Source: a virus
Direction: 5' to 3' (one strand)
Length of the DNA stretch: 64,000 nucleotides
Virus record (IMG/VR): IMGVR_UViG_3300034280_001042
Span: 1-64,000 of that record
Under the pieces are notes generated by a model, which made no database searches, was not told the origin of the DNA, and saw only the letters and a program-made list of their open reading frames with translations. The position numbers and the translations under genes were made by a program. Below, in pieces: positions 34,874 through 45,491 of this stretch (its first letter is position 1; the number at the start of each line of letters is the position of its first letter).

Positions 34874-37066
34874 ATGTCGGCTCTTCAAGAATTGCAGAAT
34901 TATACATTTGTTAGCAAATATGCTCGTTGGTTAGAAAATCAAAATCGTCGTGAAACATGGAAAGAAGCAGTTGAACGTGTTAAAAATATGATGCATACAA
35001 AGTATGCTGATAAAGATATTGCCGACGAAATTAATTGGGCATATGATGCGATGTATAAGAAGAAGGTTCTTGGGAGTCAAAGAGCACTTCAATTTGGAGG
35101 AGATCCAATACTAAAGAGACATGCCAAAATATATAATTGTACTAGCTCTTATTGTGATAGATTAAGATTTTTCCAAGAGTGTTTTTGGCTATTGCTATGC
35201 GGTAGTGGAACAGGATTTAGCGTACAAAAGCATCATGTTGCAAAACTACCGTCTCTCGAACACAATGTGGAAGAAGGTATTTGTACAAAATATGTTATAG
35301 ACGATTCTATAGAGGGTTGGTCAGATGCGCTCGGGGTTTTACTAAGTTCATATTTCAGTAAGCCAGTAGAAGAATTTAAACAATACAAAAATTGTCATAT
35401 AGCATTTGATTATTCTAATATTCGCCCAAAGGGTTCTTCATTAGCTTCTGGAGTAGGCAAAGCTCCTGGATACGAACCACTAGCAAATGGTCTAGAAAAA
35501 ATCAGAGCTTTATTAGATCGTTGTGTGGCTGGTGGTCAAAAGAAATTACGTCCAATCGATGCTTATGATATTGTTATGCATAGTAGTGATGCTGTGCTGT
35601 CTGGTGGTGTTCGTAGAAGTGCTTCTTTAGCATTGTTTAGTCATGATGATGAAGAAATGGCCAAGGCTAAAACAGGCAATTGGTATCTTGATAATCCACA
35701 GAGAGCACGAAGTAATAACTCGGCATTGCTACTAAAGCAAGAAACAACTTTTAATGAATTTAATACCCTTATGCAATCTGTGAAGGAATTTGGTGAGCCT
35801 GGATTTATTTGGAGCGAATCAACAGAAATGATCTTCAATCCATGTGTAGAGATTGGTATGTGGCCTGTTGATGAAGAAACACAAAAGAGCGGATGGCAGG
35901 GATGTAATCTGTCAACAATTAATTGTTCGAGTGTGATGGACGAAGAAGATTTTTATGAAAGATGTAGAGCAGCAGCAATAATAGGTACTCTACAGGCTGG
36001 CTTTACAACACTAGCATATCTAGGAGACATTAGTCAACGTATTTTTGAGAGAGAGGCTTTATTAGGAGTTTCTCTTACCGGAACCATGGAAAAACATGAC
36101 CTAGTATTATCTGAAAAGGTATTGACAAAGGGAGCAAAAATTGCTGTTGAGACAAATAAGAAAATTGCTCAGAAAATCAATATTAACCAAGCAGCAAGAG
36201 TCACCTGTTTAAAGCCAGAAGGAACGTCTTCAAGTATGCTAGGAACATCGTCAGGTATACATCCTCATCACGCTAAACGATACATACGCCATGTACAGGC
36301 CAATGTTTTAGAAGCCCCATACCAACACTTTAAGAAACTAAACCCACAGGCTTGTGAGAAATCTTCGTGGTCAGCAAACAATACTGATGAAGTTGTTAAG
36401 TTTCCAATTGAAGTTCCAGATGGTGCCAAGCTTAAGAATCAGTTACCAGCAGTAGAAATGTTGTCTATTGTAAAGGATACCCAGAAGAATTGGGTTCATT
36501 CTGGTAAAAATAGAGCATTATGCACACAGGAATATTTAAGTCATAACGTTAGCAACACAGTAACTGTTAAGCCTGATGAATGGGATGACGTTACCAAATA
36601 TATTTATGATAATCGTAAGTATTTTGCTGGTATTAGTCTTATTCCTCAAAGTGGAGATAAAGACTATCCACAAGCTCCATTTACAACAGTTTATACTAGT
36701 CGTGAAATTGTTAAAGAATATGGAGACGCAGCACTATGGTGCTCTGGATTGATTGAATTAGGACTAAATAGCTTTAATAATAACTTATGGGCAGCATGTG
36801 ATTATATATCCATGAACCAATACAAAGACGGTGATTCAGAAGATAAACTATTATTTGCCACAAAAATGAAAAACTTTGCTGGTAAATATTTTAATGCAGA
36901 TGTTAGACGGTTAACATACTGTATGAAAGATGTTTATAATTGGAAAATCTATTGCGATCTTTTCGAAAGCTTTAAGAAGGTTGATTATACGCAACTGGCT
37001 GAGACTGAAGACAATACCGTAGGAATAGAGGAAATTAGTTGCGCTGGCGGCGCCTGTCTAATTTAA
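34874..37066 (+). CDS. nrdJ: Class II (adenosylcobalamin-dependent) ribonucleotide reductase, RTPR type
   Basis: RRETW, YNC, GGVRRSA, NPCVEI, GCNL, KPEGTSS and C-terminal CAGGAC. Confidence 0.88.
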   Translation: MSALQELQNYTFVSKYARWLENQNRRETWKEAVERVKNMMHTKYADKDIADEINWAYDAMYKKKVLGSQRALQFGGDPILKRHAKIYNCTSSYCDRLRFFQECFWLLLCGSGTGFSVQKHHVAKLPSLEHNVEEGICTKYVIDDSIEGWSDALGVLLSSYFSKPVEEFKQYKNCHIAFDYSNIRPKGSSLASGVGKAPGYEPLANGLEKIRALLDRCVAGGQKKLRPIDAYDIVMHSSDAVLSGGVRRSASLALFSHDDEEMAKAKTGNWYLDNPQRARSNNSALLLKQETTFNEFNTLMQSVKEFGEPGFIWSESTEMIFNPCVEIGMWPVDEETQKSGWQGCNLSTINCSSVMDEEDFYERCRAAAIIGTLQAGFTTLAYLGDISQRIFEREALLGVSLTGTMEKHDLVLSEKVLTKGAKIAVETNKKIAQKININQAARVTCLKPEGTSSSMLGTSSGIHPHHAKRYIRHVQANVLEAPYQHFKKLNPQACEKSSWSANNTDEVVKFPIEVPDGAKLKNQLPAVEMLSIVKDTQKNWVHSGKNRALCTQEYLSHNVSNTVTVKPDEWDDVTKYIYDNRKYFAGISLIPQSGDKDYPQAPFTTVYTSREIVKEYGDAALWCSGLIELGLNSFNNNLWAACDYISMNQYKDGDSEDKLLFATKMKNFAGKYFNADVRRLTYCMKDVYNWKIYCDLFESFKKVDYTQLAETEDNTVGIEEISCAGGACLI

Positions 37067-37089
37067 CTACTATTCGTAAAGGGTAACAC

Positions 37090-37815
37090 TTGAGAAAAAA
37101 TAATAAAAACGTAAAGAAAAAAGCAAAGCTTATAGACGCTACTCATGATTTGGTTGTACCTCAGCTTTATAGAAACAGACTAAGACCTCGCAGTGAAAAT
37201 CAAAAACAGTATATTAGAAATATAGCAGAAAACACTATTTCATTTTGCCAAGGTGCTGCCGGAAGTGGTAAGACGCATATAGCTGTTGGAATGGCATTAG
37301 AATATTTGTTAGAAGAGAAAGTTAAGAAAATAATTATCACCAGACCCGTGGTAGAATCTGGTGAAAAAATAGGATATCTACCAGGAACAGCAGAAGAAAA
37401 ATTACATCCATATTTATTACCACTACTAGATGAAGTGCACCACTTTATCTCTGGTGGTCAATATGCTGGTTTAAAGACAAACAATAAAATCGAAATTGTT
37501 CCATTGGGACTCATGAGAGGTAGGAATTTTCACGATTGTTTTATTGTTGCCGATGAGTGTCAGAATGCTTCTTATGATCAGCTTAAAATGTTATTGACAA
37601 GAATAGGAAATAATAGTAAAATGGTCTTGACAGGAGATATTAGCCAGTCAGACCTACTAAGACATATGCGTGGGGGATTTTTTGAAATGATGACCAGTCT
37701 TGAAGGCATAGAGGGTATATCAATAAGTCGTTTAGACTTTTCAGATATAGTTAGAAATCCTATTATATCCAAGATTCTTCAAAGATTAGATAGTTATGAG
37801 TCAGACAAAACATAA
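37090..37815 (+). CDS. phoH: PhoH family ATPase
   Basis: GAAGSGKT, ITRP, GYLPG, MRGR, DECQN, TRIG, GD..QSD and DIVRNP. Confidence 0.93.
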   Translation: MRKNNKNVKKKAKLIDATHDLVVPQLYRNRLRPRSENQKQYIRNIAENTISFCQGAAGSGKTHIAVGMALEYLLEEKVKKIIITRPVVESGEKIGYLPGTAEEKLHPYLLPLLDEVHHFISGGQYAGLKTNNKIEIVPLGLMRGRNFHDCFIVADECQNASYDQLKMLLTRIGNNSKMVLTGDISQSDLLRHMRGGFFEMMTSLEGIEGISISRLDFSDIVRNPIISKILQRLDSYESDKT

Positions 37816-38380
37816 ATGCTTATTATTAAACTCTGATTATACTCCTATGACTATAGTTGATTGGCAAAAAGCTATTATATGGTCTTTGAGGTCATATAAT
37901 GATCAGAAAAAATATGGGATTGAAATTTTAGATTTTCATAAAGAACAATACGTTATTGGCACAGGAGGAAGAAAATACAAAATTCCTTCTGTTGCCAGAA
38001 CTATAAGATTTTTTAATCATTACAATAAGCGAATTCATTTTTCTAGACGTAATTTATTTTTAAGAGATGATCATACTTGCCAATATTGTAAAAATCATTT
38101 TCATCCTAATCAGTTAACATATGATCATGTTATTCCTAAGTCTCGTTATAAAACCTCTTTACAAAAAAAATGTACTAATTGGACCAATATTGTAACATCT
38201 TGTATTACGTGTAACTTTAAAAAGGGCAATAGAACCCCGGAAGAAGCTGGTATGACATTAGCAACAATGCCATGTGAACCAAAATATTCGGATAAATACT
38301 TGCCTTGGCACAACGAAGCTCTTAAGATATACCAGACACAAGAACTAGAGACTTGGAAACCGTTCATTAATTTTAAATAG
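37796..38380 (+). CDS. HNH endonuclease
   Basis: LLLNSDY, RD..TCQYC, TYDHVIP and N.V.SC..CN..KG. Confidence 0.9.
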   Translation: MSQTKHKCLLLNSDYTPMTIVDWQKAIIWSLRSYNDQKKYGIEILDFHKEQYVIGTGGRKYKIPSVARTIRFFNHYNKRIHFSRRNLFLRDDHTCQYCKNHFHPNQLTYDHVIPKSRYKTSLQKKCTNWTNIVTSCITCNFKKGNRTPEEAGMTLATMPCEPKYSDKYLPWHNEALKIYQTQELETWKPFINFK

Positions 38381-38390
38381 GATAGGATAA

Positions 38391-38798
38391 ATGGCTGAAC
38401 ATATATTTAGAACACAAAATCCAGATACTCAAAGTATGTTTTATTGTCTTTCTGGTCAAGAAGATTTTATCGATAATGAAAATAATCCCAGAGTCAAAGA
38501 AGAACAAGACAATAGAGTAACGGCTAAAGCTGTGCAAAATAAAAAACCTAAACACTTTAAAGACTCATCTAATCAATATAGATATTACATTAAAATAAAT
38601 CCAAATCTAGAAATATATAATCCAATTAATCTACATTCTTCTATTAAAGACAAGAAAAAATTTTCTCATATTAATACTGTATGTAAAAATGACTGGATTT
38701 TTAAAGAAGTAGACAAATCAATATTCGATAAATATGTAGCATTCCTGAAACACCAAAATGCTCAAAGTCTTAAGGATCTTGAAAGACAAATCAAATAA
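38391..38798 (+). CDS. Hypothetical protein, paralog of 39502..39885
   Basis: Shared QEDF.D, PR, AK, IKI, NP, TVC, F..V, F..Y..FL and ER. Confidence 0.65.
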   Translation: MAEHIFRTQNPDTQSMFYCLSGQEDFIDNENNPRVKEEQDNRVTAKAVQNKKPKHFKDSSNQYRYYIKINPNLEIYNPINLHSSIKDKKKFSHINTVCKNDWIFKEVDKSIFDKYVAFLKHQNAQSLKDLERQIK

Positions 38799-38800
38799 TT

Positions 38801-39148
38801 ATGCCAACATACACATATAAGTGCGAACAATGTGAAGTAAAATTTGAATTATTTTTTACGATGAACAAATACGATGAACACCCCCTATGTACGTCTTGTA
38901 AGTCTAAAAAAACAAACAGATCTTATGAAGACGATATGTCTACAATATCTAGCTCTGTAAAAAAATCAGACAGTGAACTAAAAACGATTGGAGACTTAGC
39001 TAATCGTAATAGAGACAAAATGAGCAATGATCATAAGCAATATTTACAAGAAAAGCATAACGAATATAAAGATACGGAATTAGAAAAACAACTTCCCAAG
39101 GGTATGAACAGAATAAAAAAGCCCAAAAAGAAAATTAAATGGACATAA
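38801..39148 (+). CDS. FmdB-family zinc-ribbon protein
   Basis: MPTYTYKCEQC...FE...CTSC. Confidence 0.75.
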   Translation: MPTYTYKCEQCEVKFELFFTMNKYDEHPLCTSCKSKKTNRSYEDDMSTISSSVKKSDSELKTIGDLANRNRDKMSNDHKQYLQEKHNEYKDTELEKQLPKGMNRIKKPKKKIKWT

Positions 39149-39149
39149 T

Positions 39150-39509
39150 ATGGTAGAAAAAATAAAGTTACAACCGGAAACACTTGAACAGCTAAAAGAT
39201 CTAACAGACGCTATTGAACATACAGTAGCAAAAGAATCCTACACAGCATTTCAAGAACTGATAGACTATAATAGTACTACTAAACTTACTAATTCTCCTC
39301 ATGAAATAGTATTTGATATTACTGCTTCTGTATTTGAAGAAAACACAAAAGGAGAGCTTGTTGGAACAAAAGAAATTTGTACAAAGAAATTTCATATACC
39401 AGTTCCTATTGATAAAGAATATGAACTGTTCATGAAAACTTTTTTCACACATCTTGAAAAATGTATATTAGCATCTACCCAAGCAGCATACGAGGATAAT
39501 AATGGATAG
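39150..39509 (+). CDS. Hypothetical protein
   Basis: Tightly packed ORF. Confidence 0.55.
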   Translation: MVEKIKLQPETLEQLKDLTDAIEHTVAKESYTAFQELIDYNSTTKLTNSPHEIVFDITASVFEENTKGELVGTKEICTKKFHIPVPIDKEYELFMKTFFTHLEKCILASTQAAYEDNNG

Positions 39510-39885
39510 TTTTATATTTCAACAAAAACCAAACAAACAAGAGACAATCGAAACAGAATACTATACTGATCCAGATCAAGAAGACTTTGTAGACATGAGC
39601 GGGCTACCAAGAACGAACAATCCAAATAATAAGCATATAGTGGCTAAAAAAATTACTAAATTAGACGCTCAGCCTAAATATTCTATTAAGATAGGAATTA
39701 ACAATAAATTATTAAATCCTCTGTCTATTTATGGAAAAGATAAAGACTCTTCGTTTTTGGATACTGTATGTAGAGCTAATGATAGATTTATCGATGTAAA
39801 TCTAAAAGCGTTTGAATTATATCTGAATTTTCTTAGAACAAAAAATTCTTCATGGCTATATAATGCCGAAAGGGAACTAACATAA
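39502..39885 (+). CDS. Hypothetical protein, paralog of 38391..38798
   Basis: See paralog motifs; GAGG RBS. Confidence 0.65.
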   Translation: MDSFIFQQKPNKQETIETEYYTDPDQEDFVDMSGLPRTNNPNNKHIVAKKITKLDAQPKYSIKIGINNKLLNPLSIYGKDKDSSFLDTVCRANDRFIDVNLKAFELYLNFLRTKNSSWLYNAERELT

Positions 39886-40208
39886 TGTCTCGTATTAATA
39901 AAACAACAATTTATGCAATCAAATGGTTAAGTAGTCAGGGACATGATATAGAATCTATAGCTAACGAACTGTCTGTTTCTAAAAAGCAGGTAGAGGCCCA
40001 CACAGACCTGCCTCAACCAGTTCAGACTAGTCCAGAAGAACCACCCAAAATTACACCTAAAAATCTTATGATAACACAAACAAGTGTTAAGAAAACAAAC
40101 AACGTTGCTATTATGACTGGTGAAGCATCTATGCTCAGTGACCATATCAAGAAAAATCAAAAAGCAACACCAAAACATCAAACAGGAATTTTCCGACCAA
40201 AACAATAA
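39885..40208 (+). CDS. N-terminal helix-turn-helix protein
   Basis: G.DIESIANELSVSKKQV. Confidence 0.55.
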   Translation: MSRINKTTIYAIKWLSSQGHDIESIANELSVSKKQVEAHTDLPQPVQTSPEEPPKITPKNLMITQTSVKKTNNVAIMTGEASMLSDHIKKNQKATPKHQTGIFRPKQ

Positions 40209-40630
40209 TGAGTAATATTTATCCATCTAGGTATTCTAATGGTAAGAAGGTTTCGGCTGCTCAGTATATTACTGAATTAATATGTGAAAATAAAGCAAAG
40301 CAAGATAAATTAGATTTACATCATAGATTTTGGTTGAACCCAGAGTGGTCCAAATACTATAGAAATCAAATAGGGACTGCTAATCAACTATTAAAGAAAT
40401 ACAGTCCTAAAGCGATTATCAAAGCTTTACAAGACAACAAAGCACAAAAAATCTATTCTTTGCGAGCACCTCACCTTGTGGCTATTATAGACCAATACCA
40501 GTCCATAGTAGACTCTGAAAATACAGAATTTACCAAAGATATAGAACGTAAAGAAGTTAAAACTTACAGAAAAGAACAACCCAAAACTAGTCTACTATCA
40601 AAACTAAAGGAACTAGACGATGAGTCTTAA
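40208..40630 (+). CDS. Hypothetical protein preceding recA
   Basis: Coupled ORF. Confidence 0.6.
   Translation: MSNIYPSRYSNGKKVSAAQYITELICENKAKQDKLDLHHRFWLNPEWSKYYRNQIGTANQLLKKYSPKAIIKALQDNKAQKIYSLRAPHLVAIIDQYQSIVDSENTEFTKDIERKEVKTYRKEQPKTSLLSKLKELDDES
40460..40488 (+). promoter_or_regulatory. Possible sigma70 promoter upstream of recA (TTGCGA-17-TATTAT)
   Basis: Partial consensus match inside the upstream CDS; could be chance. Confidence 0.25.
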
Positions 40631-41645
40631 AGAAGATGTTGCTAAAAATTTTGGAAATGAAATTATCTTATCAGGTAATGCTATAGTAGATAGAAAGTCT
40701 ATTATCATACCCGTAAGCCCATCGTTGGATATGGTTTTAAATGGAGGTATCCCAGAAGGAAGTTTTGTGGTATTCACAGGACAACCCAAATGTGGAAAAA
40801 CCACGACCTCTCTTTCTTTCGCCGCTACTGCACAAAGGCCCGAGTACAAGGGAGACTTAGCGAAAGATCGTCATGTGTATTACCTAAATATTGAGGGTAG
40901 ATTAAAAAAGAGAGATCTTGAAGGTATTCCAGGATTAGATCTTAATAGGATTGATGTTATAGGATCTCAACAAGGTAAAATTCTTCATGCAGAAGAATAT
41001 CTGCAAATTGGAGAAAGAATCATTAATGAAATTCCTGGTTCTATATTAATTATCGACTCATATTCTGCACTATGTACAGAAGCAGAAATTACTAGTGATA
41101 TGGATAAAATGCAACGCGCAGACGGCGCTAAATTATTAGCAAAGTTTTGTCGTAAGGTAGCAAATGTAATACCTGTTAATAAAAATATTGTAATTGGTAT
41201 CACTCATCTTATGGGTAATCCAACGGGATATGGGGCAGAATTTAAGGAGAAGTCTGGGCAGGCTATTGCTTATCAGACGGATGTTAAGATAAAGGCTAAG
41301 ACTTTTAAGCCATGGATTATCGGAACAGATGCTACTCAAATAGGCCAAGAAGTAGAATGGCAAGTTCTATGTTCCGCTCTCGGTCCTCCGGGAGCTTCTA
41401 TCACTAGTTATATTAGGTATGGTCAAGGTATTGATCAATATACTGAATCGATCATGTTGGCTTGTGATATTGGTCTAATCAATAAGGCCGGAGCTTGGTA
41501 TACTTTAGACTTTGTTGATGAAGGAACAGAGAAAAAACCAAAGATGCAAGGCACCGAAAAAATCAGGCAGTTTTTGCTTGACAATCCGGAAACATATAGT
41601 AAACTCAACGCATCAATCAAGAGTACCATGGGAATCAAATGCTAG
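40620..41645 (+). CDS. recA: RecA-family recombinase
   Basis: LD.VLNGGIP.G, GQPKCGKTT, IIDS, I.YGQGID and KAGAWY. Confidence 0.88.
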   Translation: MSLKEDVAKNFGNEIILSGNAIVDRKSIIIPVSPSLDMVLNGGIPEGSFVVFTGQPKCGKTTTSLSFAATAQRPEYKGDLAKDRHVYYLNIEGRLKKRDLEGIPGLDLNRIDVIGSQQGKILHAEEYLQIGERIINEIPGSILIIDSYSALCTEAEITSDMDKMQRADGAKLLAKFCRKVANVIPVNKNIVIGITHLMGNPTGYGAEFKEKSGQAIAYQTDVKIKAKTFKPWIIGTDATQIGQEVEWQVLCSALGPPGASITSYIRYGQGIDQYTESIMLACDIGLINKAGAWYTLDFVDEGTEKKPKMQGTEKIRQFLLDNPETYSKLNASIKSTMGIKC

Positions 41646-42046
41646 TAAAGGACTTGGATGGCATTGCTCACACTTGGAACTTGACAGGAAATATGGCTCA
41701 TGGAAAGACTACTAATAAGTCCTCTTTGCATATAAGAGCCAGAGCCTTGTTATCTACTCAGTTTCCAACACTACAATTGCTGGAAGAAATTCCAATTATA
41801 TTGCGTAAGTCTGAGACTTTGTACTTAGATTTTTATATGCCTCTTAATAGAACTTGTGTGGAAGTTCATGGAGAACAACACTATAAATTCGTTGGTCATT
41901 ATCATAATAATGCTCTAGGCTTCATGAAGCACAAAAAGAGAGATAAAGAAAAACTGGAATGGTGTGAATTAAACGGTATTAAATATATAGAACTACCCTT
42001 TAATGAGTCTGATTCAGAATGGCTAAATAGGATTACAGGGAAATGA
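41639..42046 (+). CDS. PD-(D/E)xK / DUF559-like endonuclease
   Basis: LDFYMP..VEVHGEQHY..RD..K..WC..NGI. Confidence 0.7.
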   Translation: MLVKDLDGIAHTWNLTGNMAHGKTTNKSSLHIRARALLSTQFPTLQLLEEIPIILRKSETLYLDFYMPLNRTCVEVHGEQHYKFVGHYHNNALGFMKHKKRDKEKLEWCELNGIKYIELPFNESDSEWLNRITGK

Positions 42047-42528
42047 ATACTAAAGAACAAGTTGAAGAATGGGATCGTATATTAGACGAATATGAAAAAT
42101 CTATTGGTCTAGGAACATATTCTGATATTCATAATTTTACAGAAGAAGAATTAAATTCCTACTTCTCTATGTCACGGGATGTGATAGAAAAATTAACCCC
42201 AGAAGATTGTGCACAGATCTCCTTGAGATTAGCCCAATATGCTTTGTTCTTACAAAGAACTATTAATAGAGAAATAGCTAGACATAACTGGGCCGAAGAA
42301 TCAATTAAGGAATCTATCGCTGACGAAATTAATAACTATAAGGGATATGGGTATATAGAAAAATCTCTTCAGGCTATTAAGCATAACGATAAGGCTAGTG
42401 GATTAAATCGTATAAAAAAATATGCAAAACAAAGAATGGACAGATTATCCTATTTAGCGAACAATATTAAAAACTTATCCGATATTATATTAGCAGTACA
42501 GAAAACAAAGGTGAAACATGGATCTTAA
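42043..42528 (+). CDS. Helical hypothetical protein (possible UvsY-like recombination mediator)
   Basis: Long helices and position after recA; function is a guess. Confidence 0.45.
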   Translation: MNTKEQVEEWDRILDEYEKSIGLGTYSDIHNFTEEELNSYFSMSRDVIEKLTPEDCAQISLRLAQYALFLQRTINREIARHNWAEESIKESIADEINNYKGYGYIEKSLQAIKHNDKASGLNRIKKYAKQRMDRLSYLANNIKNLSDIILAVQKTKVKHGS

Positions 42529-42946
42529 TGACCTAATAAAAAATCCAGATCAAATTAAAAGTCTCATAGAGGTTCTGCAAGCTCTTTTACCAAAAGAGCA
42601 AGAAAATACAGAGTCTGTTGTAGCAACAAGTAAAATTAAGAGTAAAAACTCAACTAGATCAACATCCACAATCAAGACACGCGGAGGACAAAAGCGCCGT
42701 AAGTCTAACAGTGGTGATGGTCTTAATAAGTTTGAAAGTATGTCTGAATTTGGTATGCATAAAGAGGATTCTGCAATAGATAAAGTTTTGTCTAAAATTC
42801 CACCGGTTGCTAGAACAAGAGACGAAGCCGAGCCGGTGAATGTGGTTTGTAGAATATGTGGAAAAAAAGAGAGTGTCAGTCCCTCGTTAATTTTTGATTC
42901 AATCTCTCGTTATAAATGTAATACTTGCGCTACACAATCAGGTTAA
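42518..42946 (+). CDS. Hypothetical protein with a C-terminal zinc ribbon
   Basis: CRICG...CNTC. Confidence 0.6.
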   Translation: MDLNDLIKNPDQIKSLIEVLQALLPKEQENTESVVATSKIKSKNSTRSTSTIKTRGGQKRRKSNSGDGLNKFESMSEFGMHKEDSAIDKVLSKIPPVARTRDEAEPVNVVCRICGKKESVSPSLIFDSISRYKCNTCATQSG

Positions 42947-42964
42947 TTTTAAGGTTTATTAAAT

Positions 42965-44425
42965 ATGATTTTATGCGATCCTTCGGCAGAAAGAGCCGTA
43001 TTAAGTGGCATTCTTCAATATGGTGAAGATGCTTTTTTAGACGTTAGTGATCTTATACAAGAGTCTACATTTACAGTAGATAGTAATCAGCTTATTTTTC
43101 GGTGTTTAAAAACAATATGTGAAAAGCACCAAAAACCCAACATAGACTTGGCACTAATCTACTCTACTGCACAAGAACTAGAAATTGGACATATTCTCAC
43201 AAAGAAAGAAGAAGCTTTACATTTAAAGGCTATTAGTGATTTTCCTGTTAATCTAGAAAACATTCGCAAATTTGCTGCAAAAATCAGAAAACTTGAAATT
43301 GCTAGACTTCTACATAAGCAACTCAAAACCGCTCAAGATAAAATCTTAGACGTTAATGGTAGCGAAAGTATTTCCTCTATCATAGGTATTGCTGAAGATA
43401 GTGTTTTTAATTTTGCTTCTTCTATTAATAATGATAACGATAATGCTCCGTCCTTAATGGGAGAAGGCTTAGAAGAATACATAGAATATCTACAAACCAA
43501 TACTATTGATCAGGTTGGTATTCCTACTGGCTTTCCGGTTTATGATCAAGCTATCGGAGGAGGATTGAGAAAGGGTACTGTTAATGTTATTGGAGCTAGA
43601 CCAAAAACTGGTAAAACACTATTGTCTGACAATATGGGTAGAAATATAGCTAAACTAGGTATACCTGTTTTAAACATGGATACCGAAATGAGCAAAAAAG
43701 ACCATATACATAGACTACTAGCTATGTCATCAGAAATAGAAATAGCTAAAATTGAAACTGGAAAATTCACAGAGTCTCCAGTACATAAAGCAAAAATACT
43801 AGAAGCTGTGACAGAACTAAAAAATATGCCTATACATCATAAGGTAATAGCAGGAAAACCTTTTGAAGAACAGCTATCCATTATGAGAAGATGGATAGTT
43901 AAAGAAGTAGGATTAAATGACGACGGTACAGCTAAAGATTGTGTTATCTTTTATGACTATCTTAAGCTTATGGATACGGCAGGAATGGATAAAGATCTCA
44001 AAGAGTATCAGCTACTAGGCTTTATGATGACAGCACTTCATAACTTTGCTGTAAAGTATCAAGTTCCAATCATGGCTTTTATTCAATTGAATCGAGATGG
44101 TATTACTAAAGAAAGTACAGATTCTGCTAGTGGTTCTGATCGTATTATATGGTTGTGTAGCAATTTCAGCATCTTCAAACGAAAGTCTGATGAAGAAATA
44201 GCAGAAGACGGGGTTGAGGGAGGTAATAGAAAACTTATTACTTTGATCGCTCGTCACGGAGGAGGTTTGGATGACAATGACTATATCAACTGTAATATGA
44301 AGGGCTGGTGCGCTAAAATTACAGAGGGTAAGACTAGACTAGAACTATTGAGTAATAATAAACAACACCAAGATGGATTTATCGTTGATGACGAAAATAA
44401 TAAAGAAGACATTCCCTTCGTATAA
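42965..44425 (+). CDS. dnaB: Replicative DNA helicase, DnaB family
   Basis: AERAVL, GIPTGF..D...GG, GARPKTGKT, TEM, DYL.LM, QLNR and GSD.I. Confidence 0.92.
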   Translation: MILCDPSAERAVLSGILQYGEDAFLDVSDLIQESTFTVDSNQLIFRCLKTICEKHQKPNIDLALIYSTAQELEIGHILTKKEEALHLKAISDFPVNLENIRKFAAKIRKLEIARLLHKQLKTAQDKILDVNGSESISSIIGIAEDSVFNFASSINNDNDNAPSLMGEGLEEYIEYLQTNTIDQVGIPTGFPVYDQAIGGGLRKGTVNVIGARPKTGKTLLSDNMGRNIAKLGIPVLNMDTEMSKKDHIHRLLAMSSEIEIAKIETGKFTESPVHKAKILEAVTELKNMPIHHKVIAGKPFEEQLSIMRRWIVKEVGLNDDGTAKDCVIFYDYLKLMDTAGMDKDLKEYQLLGFMMTALHNFAVKYQVPIMAFIQLNRDGITKESTDSASGSDRIIWLCSNFSIFKRKSDEEIAEDGVEGGNRKLITLIARHGGGLDDNDYINCNMKGWCAKITEGKTRLELLSNNKQHQDGFIVDDENNKEDIPFV

Positions 44426-45491
44426 TCAGTATCAGTTAAAAGAATTGTCTGATGCTGTTTGTGATGACATAGAAAATTTGTTAATTACTTTGGGTATTGA
44501 AGACTATAAGATTCTTGATAAAATGGTTATTATGCCATGCCCCATTCACAGTGGGGATAATGCTTCTGCTTTTAATCTTTATTACCAAGGAGATTCTTAT
44601 AGAGGAAACTGGAAATGTAGAACACATCAATGTGAGGGTGTTTTTAAATCTTCTATTATTGGTTTTATACGTGGATGTTTATCCAGAATCAAAAAAAACT
44701 GGACAAAACCAGGCGATGATATGATATCTTTTAATGAAGCCGTAGAGTATGCTGTACAATTTAGTAATCACAACGTTCGTGCAATATCTACACCTAAAAA
44801 AGATCAAGAAAAACATACATTTGTTAATACCGTTAACTATATCACCAAGAATAATACCAAAGCTACCAATCAAATAGCTCGTTCAACAGTGGTGAAGTCT
44901 TTACAAATCCCATCGTCTTATTTTCAAACTAGGAACTTTAGCAAGAAGATTCTAACAAAATACGATGTTGGAGAATGTACAACTAGCGGCAGAGAGATGT
45001 ACAACAGAGCTGTGGTTCCGATCTATGATCAAGACCATAAGCATATGATAGGATGTACTGGGCGAACAATTAATAATGAAAACCCAAAATGGAGACACAG
45101 CAAAGGATTTTCTGCTAATGAATCTTTGTATAATTTCTGGTATGCTAAAGAACACATTAAAGCACTCGGTGGAGTAGTTTTGGTGGAAAGCCCTGGTAAT
45201 GTATGGAGACTTGAAGAAGCAGGAATACACAACTCTGTTGCTATATTTGGTTCTTCGTTGGGAGATAAACAAAAAATGCTTCTTGATATTTCTGGCGCTA
45301 TGACTATTGTAACCTTAATGGATAACGACGAAGCTGGTAAAAAAGCAGCAGATCAGATTCTACAAAAATGTCAAAGAACGTATAATGTTAAACATATTCA
45401 ACTCACCGACTATCCAGATGTTGCAGAAATGCCTTTGGAAAAAGTAATAAAAGATATTAAACCATTAATTGAAAGCCATATCAAATGCTAA
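44373..45491 (+). CDS. DNA primase (zinc finger plus TOPRIM)
   Basis: CPIH..DN...C...C, GR, VESPG, MDNDEAG and DV.E. Confidence 0.85.
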   Translation: MDLSLMTKIIKKTFPSYNQYQLKELSDAVCDDIENLLITLGIEDYKILDKMVIMPCPIHSGDNASAFNLYYQGDSYRGNWKCRTHQCEGVFKSSIIGFIRGCLSRIKKNWTKPGDDMISFNEAVEYAVQFSNHNVRAISTPKKDQEKHTFVNTVNYITKNNTKATNQIARSTVVKSLQIPSSYFQTRNFSKKILTKYDVGECTTSGREMYNRAVVPIYDQDHKHMIGCTGRTINNENPKWRHSKGFSANESLYNFWYAKEHIKALGGVVLVESPGNVWRLEEAGIHNSVAIFGSSLGDKQKMLLDISGAMTIVTLMDNDEAGKKAADQILQKCQRTYNVKHIQLTDYPDVAEMPLEKVIKDIKPLIESHIKC

